Positions 18,864-29,642 of a stretch of 46,555 bases of DNA are shown piece after piece (position 1 is the stretch's first letter; the number at the start of each line of letters is the position of its first letter). The translations under genes were made by a program, and so were the position numbers. Under the pieces are notes generated by a model. The model did not search any database and was not told where the DNA came from. It saw nothing but the letters and a program-made list of their open reading frames with translations. Location: positions 1 through 46,555 of the forward strand of contig JAZAMN010000074.1 of assembly GCA_036229005.1 (NCBI GenBank), in the 5' to 3' direction. This DNA comes from Myxococcota bacterium. Lineage in GTDB: Bacteria > Myxococcota_A > UBA796 > CAJQPC01.

Positions 18864-19459
18864 CAGCCGTCGGATGCGCGTCTCCTAAGGCCCAGAGCGA
18901 GCTTTCCGGCGGCGGCCTCGAGCTCGGCGACGCGGCTGCGGGCGACGCCTTCGAGCCAGGCGTGCAGGCCCAGAGCGGGGATGCCCACGAGCAGGCCGAA
19001 CGCGGTGGTGGCCATGGCAGTGGAGATGCCCTCGGAGAGGCGGGCGGCGCGCTCACCGGCGGAGGCGTCGCCGAGAGCGGAGAAGGCCAGGATCAGGCCG
19101 TACACGGTCCCGAGCAGGCCCAGCATGGTGGAGATGTTCCCGGCTGCGGCCAGGTAGGCCACGCGCTTGGAGATGCGCGCTTCGGCCTCGACAGCGGCTG
19201 CGGACATCGCCTCCCAGGCCAGAGTGGGATCGGACTCGGCCAGGCCCGCGCCCACAACCTGGGACACCGGGCTGTCCTTGAGCTCCTTGGGCTGCTCTCC
19301 GCGGGCGAGGACATCGTTCAGGTCCTTGGGCGCCCGCCACATGAGCAGCAGGGCCGCGCGCTCTGTGGCCACGGCCAGCGTGAACGCCAGCAAGACCAGG
19401 ATGGCGTACATGAAGCCCGCGCCCGGACCGGAGAATGCTTTGAGCAGATAGTCAATCAT
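18863..19459 (-). CDS. MotA/TolQ/ExbB proton channel family protein
   Basis: STMLGLLGTVYGLILAF and GISTAMATTAFGLLVGIPA motifs; ATG at 19459 with GGAG RBS. Confidence 0.92.
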   Translation of the reverse strand: MIDYLLKAFSGPGAGFMYAILVLLAFTLAVATERAALLLMWRAPKDLNDVLARGEQPKELKDSPVSQVVGAGLAESDPTLAWEAMSAAAVEAEARISKRVAYLAAAGNISTMLGLLGTVYGLILAFSALGDASAGERAARLSEGISTAMATTAFGLLVGIPALGLHAWLEGVARSRVAELEAAAGKLALGLRRRASDG

Positions 19460-19506
19460 GTGCTCCCTTTGTTGCACCCGTCGGGCCGTGGTGCAAGGTT
19501 GCTCCC

Positions 19507-20055
19507 ATGTGGATCCTGCTGAATCTTTGGGCGTGCACCAGCGCCGACACCGAGTGGACCGAGCCTTCGCAGTGCGAGGCCCAGAGCGGACAGGCCGCGG
19601 ACGAGTGCTACGCCGCCGTCGCCCAGCTCGTGATCGCCACCGATGAGCCCGCGGGCATCGCCCTGGTCGAGAAGATCCAGGACCCGCTGACCCGGGACTA
19701 CACCTGGTACGCCATCACCCGCGATGTCTTCCCCAACCGGGGGGATCTGTGTGAGCGCATCGAGGGCGAGGAGATCGCCGAGCGCTGCAAGGTGTACGTC
19801 AAGCGGCCGCACCTGAGCCGCGGAAAGCAGACCGACGGACCGGGACCTGGGGGCGCTGGTCGTCCGGGGGCACCTCAGCCTGAGGGCGGTCCGGGCACCA
19901 AGCCGCCTCCTCCTGGTGGGATGAAGCCGCCGCCCCCGGGTGGGATGAAGCCGCCGCCGCCCGGTGGGATGAAGCCGCCGCCCCCTGGTGGGATGAAGCC
20001 GCCGCCCCCCGGGACCGAGGGTGTGCAGCCGGCGCCCGAGGGCAGCCCGGAGTAG
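19507..20055 (+). CDS. Hypothetical lipoprotein with a Cys-bridged helical domain and Pro-rich repeat tail
   Basis: MWILLNLWAC lipobox-like start; (GGMKPPPP)x4 tail. Confidence 0.7.
   Translation: MWILLNLWACTSADTEWTEPSQCEAQSGQAADECYAAVAQLVIATDEPAGIALVEKIQDPLTRDYTWYAITRDVFPNRGDLCERIEGEEIAERCKVYVKRPHLSRGKQTDGPGPGGAGRPGAPQPEGGPGTKPPPPGGMKPPPPGGMKPPPPGGMKPPPPGGMKPPPPGTEGVQPAPEGSPE
19900..20013 (+). repeat. 24-bp tandem repeat (4 full copies plus a partial) encoding GGMKPPPP
   Basis: ggtgggatgaagccgccgcc.. units start at 19915, 19939, 19963 and 19987; variation only at synonymous positions. Confidence 0.9.
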
Positions 20056-20407
20056 GTCGCCAGGGGGGAGACCGCGACGAGAGCACGGCGGCCGGACCTC
20101 CGTTGGCCCGTCGCGCAACGACCACGCCCGCGACGGCGATGCCGCTGCGGGTCCAAAGCGCCTGGGGGCGCACCGAGAACCTCCCCCGCACAGCTTCCCT
20201 CACCGCAAGAGATGGAGGAGACGCTTGTCGTTTGCCAGTTTGGGTCCGGCGGGGGAGGTCGGCTCGTTTGTCCACCGGGTGCCACCGGTTGACTCTCAAA
20301 CCATAGGCACGGATCCCCCCACCCCGCAAGCGGAAGTTGTCAGCGGCGTGTCACCCCCGCCTTTGGACACCGCAGCGCCCGGTCTCCGTTAGCAGAGGGA
20401 GGCGGCG

Positions 20408-22066
20408 ATCCCACCTCTGAGCGTCGGAGGCCCTACGCAGACCCTCAGCCAAGCCCTCAGCCCCTTCGGGAGGCACCTCCGCAGCGCCCGCGCGCTGCGC
20501 TGGGGTGGGGGTGCGCTCCTGCTGTCTCTGGGGGTCATCCTGCTCTCTCCCTGGCCCGCGGGCCTGGGGGCGCTTGCCCTGGCGCTGGTGGCTGCAGTGA
20601 CAGCCTTTCTGTGGCCCCTCGAGCCGGCGGCGATCGCGCGCTTCGCGGATCAGGCCGCGGGGCTCCACGGCGCCGCCGACACGGCCTTGCACCTGCGTGC
20701 CCAGGATCACCCGGCGGCCGAGGCCGTGGCCCTGGACGCGGTGGATGCGCTGCAGGGCAAGGCGCCGCCGCCTCTGGAACGGCCACCCCGGGCCTTCTGG
20801 GCGCTGCTGCTGCTCCTGCTGCTGGGGATCGGGGCGCGGGCGCTCTGGCCGGAGCCCCAGCCCGAGCCCACCCCGGAGCCCACCCCGGACGAGAAGCTGG
20901 CGGAGATCGAGGCGGAGGCCCGCCGTCAGGGGCAGGATGACCTCGCCGAGGCCACAAGGCAGCTACGGAGTCGTCTGGCGCAGACCCAGCCCGCGATCGG
21001 TGTGCAGCGCCATGAGAAGCGGGACGCAGCCCCTCCTCCCCCCCCTCCGGAGATCCAGGAGCTGCCCCCCCGCCCGCCGCAGCTCCCCCAGGAGATGGAG
21101 ACGCCCGAGGAGTACGAGCAGGCGCTGGAGCTGGCGATCGACACCATGGCCAGCGACGACGCGCTGCTCGCCGCGATCGCCGAGGACATCTACAACCAGC
21201 TCACCGACATCTCCTTCGAGTCCGAGCTGGGCATCAACTTCCTGGAGCAGGGCCTGGCCGACCAGGAGCTGGGCGTGCTCACGGCCCAGGAGTACCTGGA
21301 GGGGGAGGGCGGCGACAAGGTCAACGACAAGCCCCTGGAGTCCTTCGAGATGTTCGGGCAGCAGATGGAGTCCCTGAACAACCAGTTCATCGAAGAGGGC
21401 GCCATGATGCAGACCAACGTGGATCCGCAGGTCGAGGGGCGCGACGTGGGGACCGAGGCCCACGAGACCAAGGCCAACCTGATGCAGTCCTACCGGGACT
21501 TCATGAAGGAGTACTCCGAGGCCCTGCGCGATGAGCTGATCAAGGCCATCCAGGAGGCCGCCGACCCCGACGCCTGGAAGGAAGAGGGGGAAGACGCAGA
21601 GGAGGGGGAGAAGGGCAGTGGGCCCTCGATGCCGGGTGGCCCACCGCCTGACAAGCAGGACGCCCAGCAGAGCGCGCAGCTGCGACCCAGCGGCGGCGAG
21701 GTCCCCGAGGGCGCCCAGGCCATGGCGGCGCCGGCTGACGCTGCAGGGGGCAAGCCCTCCGGGCGAGGACAGGCCAGCACGGGGGGAGGGGACTCCGCTG
21801 GTCGACGCACGGGCGGGGGCGCGCAGGCCGCCGGGGAGCTGGCGCAGGTGCAGGGCAAGCTGGAGCCCGGCAACCTGGGGGACGAGCAGCGCGAGGCGGT
21901 GCTGGACGGCGTGTCCAGCCGCTCGGTCCAGACGGGGCCCGGTCAGGAGTTCGACCAGGCCTGGGGCGGCTACTTCGACGAGGTCGAGGCCACCCTCTCA
22001 GAAGAAGACATCCCGCCCCAGATGGAGGGCATGGTCCGCGCCTACTTCGCGGGCCTGCAGGAGTAG
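20408..22066 (+). CDS. Membrane-anchored coiled-coil/acidic protein heading the MoxR operon (start uncertain; first canonical start is 20588)
   Basis: Frame is open from 20393; hydrophobic segments at the N-terminus; C-terminal IPPQMEGMVRAYF resembles the ends of proteins found next to MoxR-vWA clusters. Confidence 0.7.
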   Translation: MPPLSVGGPTQTLSQALSPFGRHLRSARALRWGGGALLLSLGVILLSPWPAGLGALALALVAAVTAFLWPLEPAAIARFADQAAGLHGAADTALHLRAQDHPAAEAVALDAVDALQGKAPPPLERPPRAFWALLLLLLLGIGARALWPEPQPEPTPEPTPDEKLAEIEAEARRQGQDDLAEATRQLRSRLAQTQPAIGVQRHEKRDAAPPPPPPEIQELPPRPPQLPQEMETPEEYEQALELAIDTMASDDALLAAIAEDIYNQLTDISFESELGINFLEQGLADQELGVLTAQEYLEGEGGDKVNDKPLESFEMFGQQMESLNNQFIEEGAMMQTNVDPQVEGRDVGTEAHETKANLMQSYRDFMKEYSEALRDELIKAIQEAADPDAWKEEGEDAEEGEKGSGPSMPGGPPPDKQDAQQSAQLRPSGGEVPEGAQAMAAPADAAGGKPSGRGQASTGGGDSAGRRTGGGAQAAGELAQVQGKLEPGNLGDEQREAVLDGVSSRSVQTGPGQEFDQAWGGYFDEVEATLSEEDIPPQMEGMVRAYFAGLQE

Positions 22067-22072
22067 CCGCAG

Positions 22073-23068
<996 letters not shown>

Positions 23069-23959
23069 GTGGCGCTCCCCTCCGAGCTGCTGGCCAAGCT
23101 CGAGTTGCTCCGGATCGCCACCCGTCGGGTGCACTCCGGGCGCTTCGCTGCGCGTACGCGCTCCCGCCGTCTGGGGGCCGGCATCGACTTCGCGGACCAC
23201 CGGCCCTACACCCCGGGGGACGACCTCAAGCACGTGGACTGGACGCTCTACGGGCGCCTTGAGCAGCTCATGATCCGCCTCTCCGAGGAGGAGACCGAGC
23301 TGCCTGTCCACCTGCTCGTGGACCTGTCCCGCTCCATGGACACCGGCGTCGGCGGCGAGCGCAGCGACCCCAAGTCCCGCATCGCCCGGACCTCCGCCAC
23401 CGCGCTGGCCTACGTCGCGCTGTGCAACCTGGACCAGGTGCGCGTCTGGCCCTTCTCCAGCGAGCTCGCGCCCCCCTTGGTGCTCCCCCGCAAGCGCTCC
23501 CAGGTCGTGCGCGTCTGGGACCACCTGGAGCAGCTCCAGCTCCCCCCGGGCACCGACCTGCTGGCCGCCGTCCAGAGCTGGGTCGCCATGCCCCACCAGC
23601 GCGGCGTGGTCGTGCTGATCTCCGATCTGGCCGCCCCCGACTGGGACAAGGCCATCGACCTGCTGCTCCACGACCGCAACGACGTGGGCGTGGTGCACCT
23701 GCAGACCCCCGGCGAGCACAGCCTGCCCCTGCGCGGCGACCGCTTTGACATCGAGGACGCCGAGACCGGCGAGATCCTCCGGGGCGTCTCCCGCGCCGAG
23801 CTCTCCGCCGTGCGCGCCCAGGTCCGCCAGGATCACGTCGAGCTGGAGTCCTGGTGCCGTCGCCGCGGCGTCGCCCTGGTCAGCACCGTCACCGGCGAGC
23901 CCACCGATCTGGAGCACCTGGTCCTGACCCTGTTCCGGGGCAAGGGGCTGCTGCGTTGA
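23069..23959 (+). CDS. DUF58 domain protein
   Basis: G.GIDFADHRPYTPGDDLKHVDW, LLVDLSRSM, VVLISD. Confidence 0.92.
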   Translation: MALPSELLAKLELLRIATRRVHSGRFAARTRSRRLGAGIDFADHRPYTPGDDLKHVDWTLYGRLEQLMIRLSEEETELPVHLLVDLSRSMDTGVGGERSDPKSRIARTSATALAYVALCNLDQVRVWPFSSELAPPLVLPRKRSQVVRVWDHLEQLQLPPGTDLLAAVQSWVAMPHQRGVVVLISDLAAPDWDKAIDLLLHDRNDVGVVHLQTPGEHSLPLRGDRFDIEDAETGEILRGVSRAELSAVRAQVRQDHVELESWCRRRGVALVSTVTGEPTDLEHLVLTLFRGKGLLR

Positions 23960-25677
23960 GCCTGCTCAGTCTCCCTCAGGCCCTGCTGGCCTCCGCCGTG
24001 GTCACCGCCCTGTTGGTGGTGCTCTTCCTGCTGCGCCGCAAGGCCCGCCGCGTGGTCGTCCCCAGCCTGATGCCCTTCCGCAAGGTCGTGCGCCGCCGCG
24101 TGAACCCCCTCTGGCGCGCGCTGATCGCCCTGGCCCTGCAGATCCTGGGCAGCCTGCTCTGCATCTGGTCGCTGCTGGCGCCCCCCCAGGACACCGCGGA
24201 GACCCCCGAGATCCCGCAGGTCTGGGTCGTGGACACCTCGGCCTCCATGGCCGGTCGGCTCCCCGCTCTGGATGCGCAGGTGCTCGGACAGCCGGTGGGA
24301 TTGATGGCCGCCGGCGAGGAGACCCGTCTGATCTTCGGCCCGGGATCTTCCCGCGCCCAGCAGGCCGCCGGCCTCGCGCACCTGGGGCCCTCGGGCAGCG
24401 GGGCGGATCTGGCGGGGGCCGTGCAGCTCGCCCAGTCCATGGGCGCCGAGGTGCTGGTGCTCACGGACCACGACCCCGAGCTGGGTGTGCCTTGGCGTGT
24501 CCTCGGGCCGGCCCAGGGCGCCGATGTGTCCCTGCAGTCCCTGAGCGCGACGGCGGGCCCCGGGTTGCCGCCGGAGATCCAGCTCTCTCTCACCCTCCAG
24601 AACCATGGGACCGAGCCCGTGGAGCTGCAGCTCCGCCTGGAGACGGCCAGCAGCGTGGTGGGCGAGGACCGCTTCACCCTGGAGCCGGGCGCGCCGGTCA
24701 TCAAGGGCTACAAGATGGACCCGGTGGCCGACGGGAGCCCTTGGATCCAGGCAACCCTGGTGAACCACAGTGACGCACTCTCGGCGAACGATGTGGCCTT
24801 TGGGCTGCTGCCTCCGGTGCGGCCCGCGCGCGTCTGGATCGTGGGCGATGCCCCCAACCGCTACCTGGAGGGGGGCTTTGGCGTGATGCCCGGCGTGCAG
24901 GTGGAGCGGGTGCGGGCGGGCGCCTACCGCGACCCCGGAGACAGCGTGGATCTGGTGGTGTTCGACCGCGTGGTCCCCCGCGTGCTGCCGCAGGTCCCGG
25001 CGCTCTACGTGGACCCGCCAATGGGCGCCGGACCCTTCCCGCCAGTGCAGGCCGCCCAGGACCCCGAGTTCACGAGCTGGGACTTCTCGCACCCCCTGCT
25101 GGACGGCGTCGCGCTGCGGCACCTGGAGGTCGAGCGCCTGCACCTGCTCAAGGGCGGCCCCGGAGACCGCATGCTCGCTGGCGCCGCCGAAGGCCCGGTC
25201 GCGCTGGTCCGGGACGACGCCCCCCGCGCCGTGGCCCTGGGCTTTGACCTGACCCGCAGCGACTGGCCGCTGTCGGTGGCCTTCCCGCAGTTCCTGTACC
25301 GCCTGCTGATCTGGGCCCGGCAGGGGAGCGACCTGGACCGCGCGCCCGCGGTGGATGCCTGGGAGGGCGTGCCTCTGGATCCCGGAGCCCCCGCCCGCGT
25401 ACAGCGCCTGGACCAGCCCGGTCAGTGGGAGGTGCAGGCCGGGACACAGCGCCTGCGTGGCCTTCCCGCGGGCGTCTACGAGGTGGACCAGGGGGAGCAG
25501 CCCCGCCAGATCGCGGTGAACCTGCCCGCCGCCGAGTTCGCCACCGCCCTGGCCGGGGACCCGCTCCCCGCCGCCCCGGAGCCCGCCGCCCCCAGCGACT
25601 CCCGACCCCGCTGGGTGTGGCTGGCCCTGGGCGCCGCCGTCGTCCTGCTGGTCGAGTTCGGAGTGGCGGAGCGATGA
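23956..25677 (+). CDS. BatA-like N-terminus plus vWA domain membrane protein
   Basis: TTG overlapping the DUF58 stop; LFLLRRKARRVVVPSL (BatA-like), VVDTSASM MIDAS, LTD, C-terminal TM. Confidence 0.82.
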   Translation: MSLLSLPQALLASAVVTALLVVLFLLRRKARRVVVPSLMPFRKVVRRRVNPLWRALIALALQILGSLLCIWSLLAPPQDTAETPEIPQVWVVDTSASMAGRLPALDAQVLGQPVGLMAAGEETRLIFGPGSSRAQQAAGLAHLGPSGSGADLAGAVQLAQSMGAEVLVLTDHDPELGVPWRVLGPAQGADVSLQSLSATAGPGLPPEIQLSLTLQNHGTEPVELQLRLETASSVVGEDRFTLEPGAPVIKGYKMDPVADGSPWIQATLVNHSDALSANDVAFGLLPPVRPARVWIVGDAPNRYLEGGFGVMPGVQVERVRAGAYRDPGDSVDLVVFDRVVPRVLPQVPALYVDPPMGAGPFPPVQAAQDPEFTSWDFSHPLLDGVALRHLEVERLHLLKGGPGDRMLAGAAEGPVALVRDDAPRAVALGFDLTRSDWPLSVAFPQFLYRLLIWARQGSDLDRAPAVDAWEGVPLDPGAPARVQRLDQPGQWEVQAGTQRLRGLPAGVYEVDQGEQPRQIAVNLPAAEFATALAGDPLPAAPEPAAPSDSRPRWVWLALGAAVVLLVEFGVAER

Positions 25678-28208
25678 CCCAGAGCCTCTTCGCGATGCCC
25701 GGTGAGCTGCTCTCCGGGAGCCCCATCCTCTTCCACGAGCCCCAGTGGCTGTGGGGCCTGCTCCTGCCGCCCTTGCTGGTCCTGCTGCTGCCCCGAGGTG
25801 TGCCCGCGGTGGAGCGGGTGCGGAACTTCCTGGGCCTGGGCCTGCGCATCCTGCTGCTGTGGGCGGTGGTGTTGGCCGTGGCCCGGCCCTACCAGGTCAA
25901 GCGCCTGCCGGACCTGTCCCTGACGGTGGTGCAGGACGGCAGCGAGTCCATGTCGGCGGGCCGGGTGAGCGAGCTGCAGGCCCTGGCGCAGCGCTACGTC
26001 GACCAGGCCCAGGTGCCCGTCCGCAGCGTGGTGACCTCGCCGAGGGACGCGAGCGCTGGGACGGACCTGACGGCCCTGATCGCGCAGGGGGTGGGGGCGG
26101 CACCTCCAGCACGCTCCCGCCGCCTCCTCCTGCTGACAGATGGCGCGGACACGGTCGCGGAGGCCGGGGGCAACGCGGTGATCCAGGCGGCCGCGATGGC
26201 GGGCGCTGCGGGCGTGCGGATCTACCCCCTGGCGCCGGCAGAGGACAACCGGAACCTGGGGATCCACGGGCTGCAGTGGCCGGTGGAGGTGCGGCGCGGG
26301 GAGACGGTCCAGGCCGTGGTGCACCTCTACGCATCGGCCCCCGGTCCCACCGCGTTCACCCTGCGCGCAGGCGAGGACACGCTGGCCACATTCAGCGGCG
26401 ACATCGCGGCGGGCACGACAGAGATTCCTCTTGAGTTCCGGATGCTTGAGGCCGGGGACTTCAAGCTGGAGTTGAGCCTGGATGCGGCCGATGCCTACCC
26501 CCAGGATGACCGCCGACAGGGCTGGATCCGGGTGCGCGCGCCGGGCCCCGTGCTGGTCAGCGGCCCCCACGCCGAGACCCTCCGCGGCCTGCTGCGCAGC
26601 CAGGGCCTCCCCGCCCGGAAGGTCGAGGGCCTGCCCAAGAGCCTGCCCGCCAACGCGACCCTGCTCTACCTGGGCCCGGACATGGCCCGCTGGCGCAAGG
26701 GCGAGGGCGACCGGCTGGCGCAGTTCGTGCTGGACGGCGGAGACCTGATCCTGGGCGGCGGGCCCTCGGGGCTGGGCGGCGACGACCCCAGCCTGGAGCG
26801 CTTCAAGCGGGCGATGCCCGTGGAGTTCCCCAACAAGCGCAAGCGCCAGCCGCCCCCGCTGGCCGTGGTCTACGTGGTGGACCGCAGCGACTCGATGGGG
26901 CGCGAGAACAAGCTGTCGCTGGCGGTGGCCGCGGTGGAGGCGAGCGTCGAGATGCTCTCCCCGGAGGCCCGGGTGGGCGTGGTCGCGTTCGCGGACCGGC
27001 CGCAGTGGGTGGTGCCCCTGACCCGAGCGCGCAACCAGGCGGCGATCGTCGATGCGGTGGCGGGGCTGGGTGTGGCCGGCGGCACGGAGATCTACCCCGC
27101 GCTGGAGGAGGCCTGGATGGCGCTGCAGGCCACCGACGCCACCCTCAAGCACATCATCCTGCTCACGGACGGGCGCGGCACCAGCCGCTTTGAGCAGAAC
27201 AGCGACCTTGTCGCCAAGATCGCCGCCTCGCAGGTCAGCGTGTCCACCGTGGCGCTGAGCGCGGAGGCCGCCCGGGACGAACTGGAGAAGGTCGCCGCGG
27301 CCGGCGGCGGGCGGGCCTGGTACACCGAGCGCTTCTCGGACGTGCCCAAGATCTTCATCGACGAGACCCTGAACCTGCTGCGCAAGAACGCCAAGCAGGA
27401 GGACACCGCCGTGCGCGCCATCCCGGGCAGCCGCCTGGTCGGCAGCGTGGACTGGAGCGGGGCGCCGCAGCTCGCCGGGCACAACCCCTCCAAGCCCAAG
27501 GCGGCGGCGGATCTCGGGCTGGTGCTGGGCGACCGCAGCAAGCCGCTGCTGGCGAGCTGGCGCTACGGGCGCGGCTCGGCCACGGTGTTCGCCTCCGAGC
27601 TGGGCGGCGGCTGGTCGGCCTCGTGGAGCGAGTGGGGGCCCCAGGCGCGCTGGCTGGGCGAGCTGGTGCGGGCGGTGCGCGAGCGCCCGGAGGCCCTGCA
27701 GGGCTCCCGGATCGAGCTGGTGCCGAGCGCTCAGGGACTCGGTGTCCTCGTTCGCGCCGAGGATGCGATGGGGCAGCCCCGGGCGGGGCTCCAGCTCCAG
27801 GCGGTGGTCCACGGGAGCGCGCAGACCACGCAGCCCCTCGTCGAGGAGGTCCCTGGGCTGTATCGGGGGCGGATCCCCTGGGACGGGGCACTGATGGTGC
27901 AGGTGCAGGTGCCCTCCGGGCCGGGGACACCCACCCAGGAGCTGTTGGGTCAGGCCGCGCCGCCGGTCCCGCAGGAGCTCTCCGGTCGCATCCTGGACAT
28001 GGCCCTGCTGGAGCGCATCGCCCAGGCCAGCGGGGGACAGGTGCTGCCGTCCGTCCAGGCGCTGCTGCACGACGACATCCGCGAGCGCCAGGAGCAGCGG
28101 GAGCACTGGCCCTGGCTGCTGGTCGCCGCTGTGGTGCTTCTGCTGGGGGAGATCGGCCTGCGCCGGCTGCGGCTGCCAGAGCGTCACGAAAAGGTCAACG
28201 CGGGGTGA
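25674..28208 (+). CDS. Double-vWA membrane protein with Ig-like and glutamine-amidotransferase-like segments
   Basis: ATGA overlap; F.EPQWLWGLLL; DGSESM and VVDRSDSM MIDAS motifs; GGTEIYPAL, ILLTDG, PLLASWRYGRG; C-terminal TM. Confidence 0.87.
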   Translation: MTQSLFAMPGELLSGSPILFHEPQWLWGLLLPPLLVLLLPRGVPAVERVRNFLGLGLRILLLWAVVLAVARPYQVKRLPDLSLTVVQDGSESMSAGRVSELQALAQRYVDQAQVPVRSVVTSPRDASAGTDLTALIAQGVGAAPPARSRRLLLLTDGADTVAEAGGNAVIQAAAMAGAAGVRIYPLAPAEDNRNLGIHGLQWPVEVRRGETVQAVVHLYASAPGPTAFTLRAGEDTLATFSGDIAAGTTEIPLEFRMLEAGDFKLELSLDAADAYPQDDRRQGWIRVRAPGPVLVSGPHAETLRGLLRSQGLPARKVEGLPKSLPANATLLYLGPDMARWRKGEGDRLAQFVLDGGDLILGGGPSGLGGDDPSLERFKRAMPVEFPNKRKRQPPPLAVVYVVDRSDSMGRENKLSLAVAAVEASVEMLSPEARVGVVAFADRPQWVVPLTRARNQAAIVDAVAGLGVAGGTEIYPALEEAWMALQATDATLKHIILLTDGRGTSRFEQNSDLVAKIAASQVSVSTVALSAEAARDELEKVAAAGGGRAWYTERFSDVPKIFIDETLNLLRKNAKQEDTAVRAIPGSRLVGSVDWSGAPQLAGHNPSKPKAAADLGLVLGDRSKPLLASWRYGRGSATVFASELGGGWSASWSEWGPQARWLGELVRAVRERPEALQGSRIELVPSAQGLGVLVRAEDAMGQPRAGLQLQAVVHGSAQTTQPLVEEVPGLYRGRIPWDGALMVQVQVPSGPGTPTQELLGQAAPPVPQELSGRILDMALLERIAQASGGQVLPSVQALLHDDIRERQEQREHWPWLLVAAVVLLLGEIGLRRLRLPERHEKVNAG

Positions 28209-28232
28209 TAGCGTGGGGCCATCGGAGGCCCA

Positions 28233-29573
28233 ATGTCCTGGCTGCTGCTGTTGCTCGCGTGCACTGAGAACAACCTCGTCGTGGAGGAGCAGCCCACCCC
28301 CGCGGGCGATGACACCGCGCCGGTGGATCTGCCGGGCGCGCTGGAGGCCTCGCCGGAGCGGGTTCACCTCGGCGAGCTCTGCCCCGAGCAGACCGCCAGC
28401 CAGACCATCACCCTGACCAGCACCGGCCCCGGTCAGGTGGAGGTCTTCTCGGCGACGGCGGAGAGCTGGCTTGTGGATGCCCCCGACCTGCCGGCCCAAC
28501 TTCCGGTCACCCAGTCCGTCGAACTCACCGTCACCGGGACCGCCGGCGAGGACACACTGGTCGTCGAGAACGACGGCGCCAAGCCGCTGCTGGAGATCCC
28601 TCTGGCCGCGACGCTGAACCCGGCCCCCGCGCTCACCATCCAGGGCCCCAACGACGACACGGTGCTGGACATCGGCCAGGACGTCAGCCTGCTGGCCACG
28701 GTCAGCGACGGCGCGGACTCGGCGGGGCGCCTGGTGGAGTGGAGCTCCGACGTGGACGGGGTGCTGGGCACGGCCACCACGGGCAGCGATGGCAGCTCGG
28801 AGCTGGTCTGGCTGGCCTCTGCGCGCAGCCCGGGCCCCCACGCTCTGACGGCGCGGGTGGTGGATGACTGCGGCCAGGAGGACAGCGTGGAGCTGGGGCT
28901 CTGTCAGCAGGCCGGCTACGACGCCGAGAGCCTGGACCTGAGCGGCTGGCACTTCGAGGGCAGCGCCCGCTACGACAGCAGCAATGGCTGGGTGGAGCTG
29001 ACCAACACCGGCGGCAACCTGGTGGGCGCGGCCTGGCAGACCGGCGCGGTGACCCGCGGCAACAACGTCACCCTGAGCTTCAAGTTCTACATGGGGGACG
29101 GCAGCGGCGCCGACGGGTTCGCAGTGACCGCCCTGGACACCGACCGCATGACCGGCTGGCTGGGGGGCGCGGGCGGCTGCCTGGGCTACGGCGGCGCCTC
29201 TGGCTGCCCGAACGCGGCGCCGGGCCTGCCCGGATGGACCCTGGAGGTCGACGGCTGGTACAACTCCGGCCACGGCGACCCCACCGAGGCCGACCACCTG
29301 GCCTTCTCCTTTGACGGCGACTTCGAGAGCCCGGCGGTGTGGGCCGCGCTGCCCGAGATGGAGAACACGGGCTGGCACGAGATGGAGGTCACCGTCAACG
29401 CCCCCCGAGTCACCGTCAGCATCGACGGGGTCGTCTACATCGACCAGGACATCCCGGGCACCTACGACTTCCCGGCCTACGTGGGCTTCACGGCGTCCAC
29501 GGGCGGCTCGACCAACAACCACCTGATCGATGCGCTCACGGTGACGGAGTACATCTGCGAGGGGGATGGCTGA
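28233..29573 (+). CDS. Lipoprotein with Ig-like domains and a C-terminal L-type (legume-like) lectin domain
   Basis: MSWLLLLLAC; VEWSSDVDG.LG Ig motif; ELT...GAAW, GADGFAV, LEVD.WYN and YVGFTASTGG lectin motifs. Confidence 0.85.
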   Translation: MSWLLLLLACTENNLVVEEQPTPAGDDTAPVDLPGALEASPERVHLGELCPEQTASQTITLTSTGPGQVEVFSATAESWLVDAPDLPAQLPVTQSVELTVTGTAGEDTLVVENDGAKPLLEIPLAATLNPAPALTIQGPNDDTVLDIGQDVSLLATVSDGADSAGRLVEWSSDVDGVLGTATTGSDGSSELVWLASARSPGPHALTARVVDDCGQEDSVELGLCQQAGYDAESLDLSGWHFEGSARYDSSNGWVELTNTGGNLVGAAWQTGAVTRGNNVTLSFKFYMGDGSGADGFAVTALDTDRMTGWLGGAGGCLGYGGASGCPNAAPGLPGWTLEVDGWYNSGHGDPTEADHLAFSFDGDFESPAVWAALPEMENTGWHEMEVTVNAPRVTVSIDGVVYIDQDIPGTYDFPAYVGFTASTGGSTNNHLIDALTVTEYICEGDG

Positions 29574-29642
29574 TCCCTCAGCGGAGCGGCGAGAGTCCAG
29601 TTAGGGTGGGGACAACGCCGGTGTAAACTGACAGGGGACAAT

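Noticed and set aside
20056..20392. 340-bp intergenic region as a possible riboswitch or sRNA
   Set aside because: No recognisable aptamer, strong terminator or clean promoter found by eye; not excluded without an Rfam search.
25476..29522. Very long antisense and alternate-frame ORFs (e.g. 1348 aa here; also 570-2450, 7757-9703, 38858-40405)
   Set aside because: Shadow ORFs expected in high-GC DNA opposite real genes; they carry no recognisable motifs.
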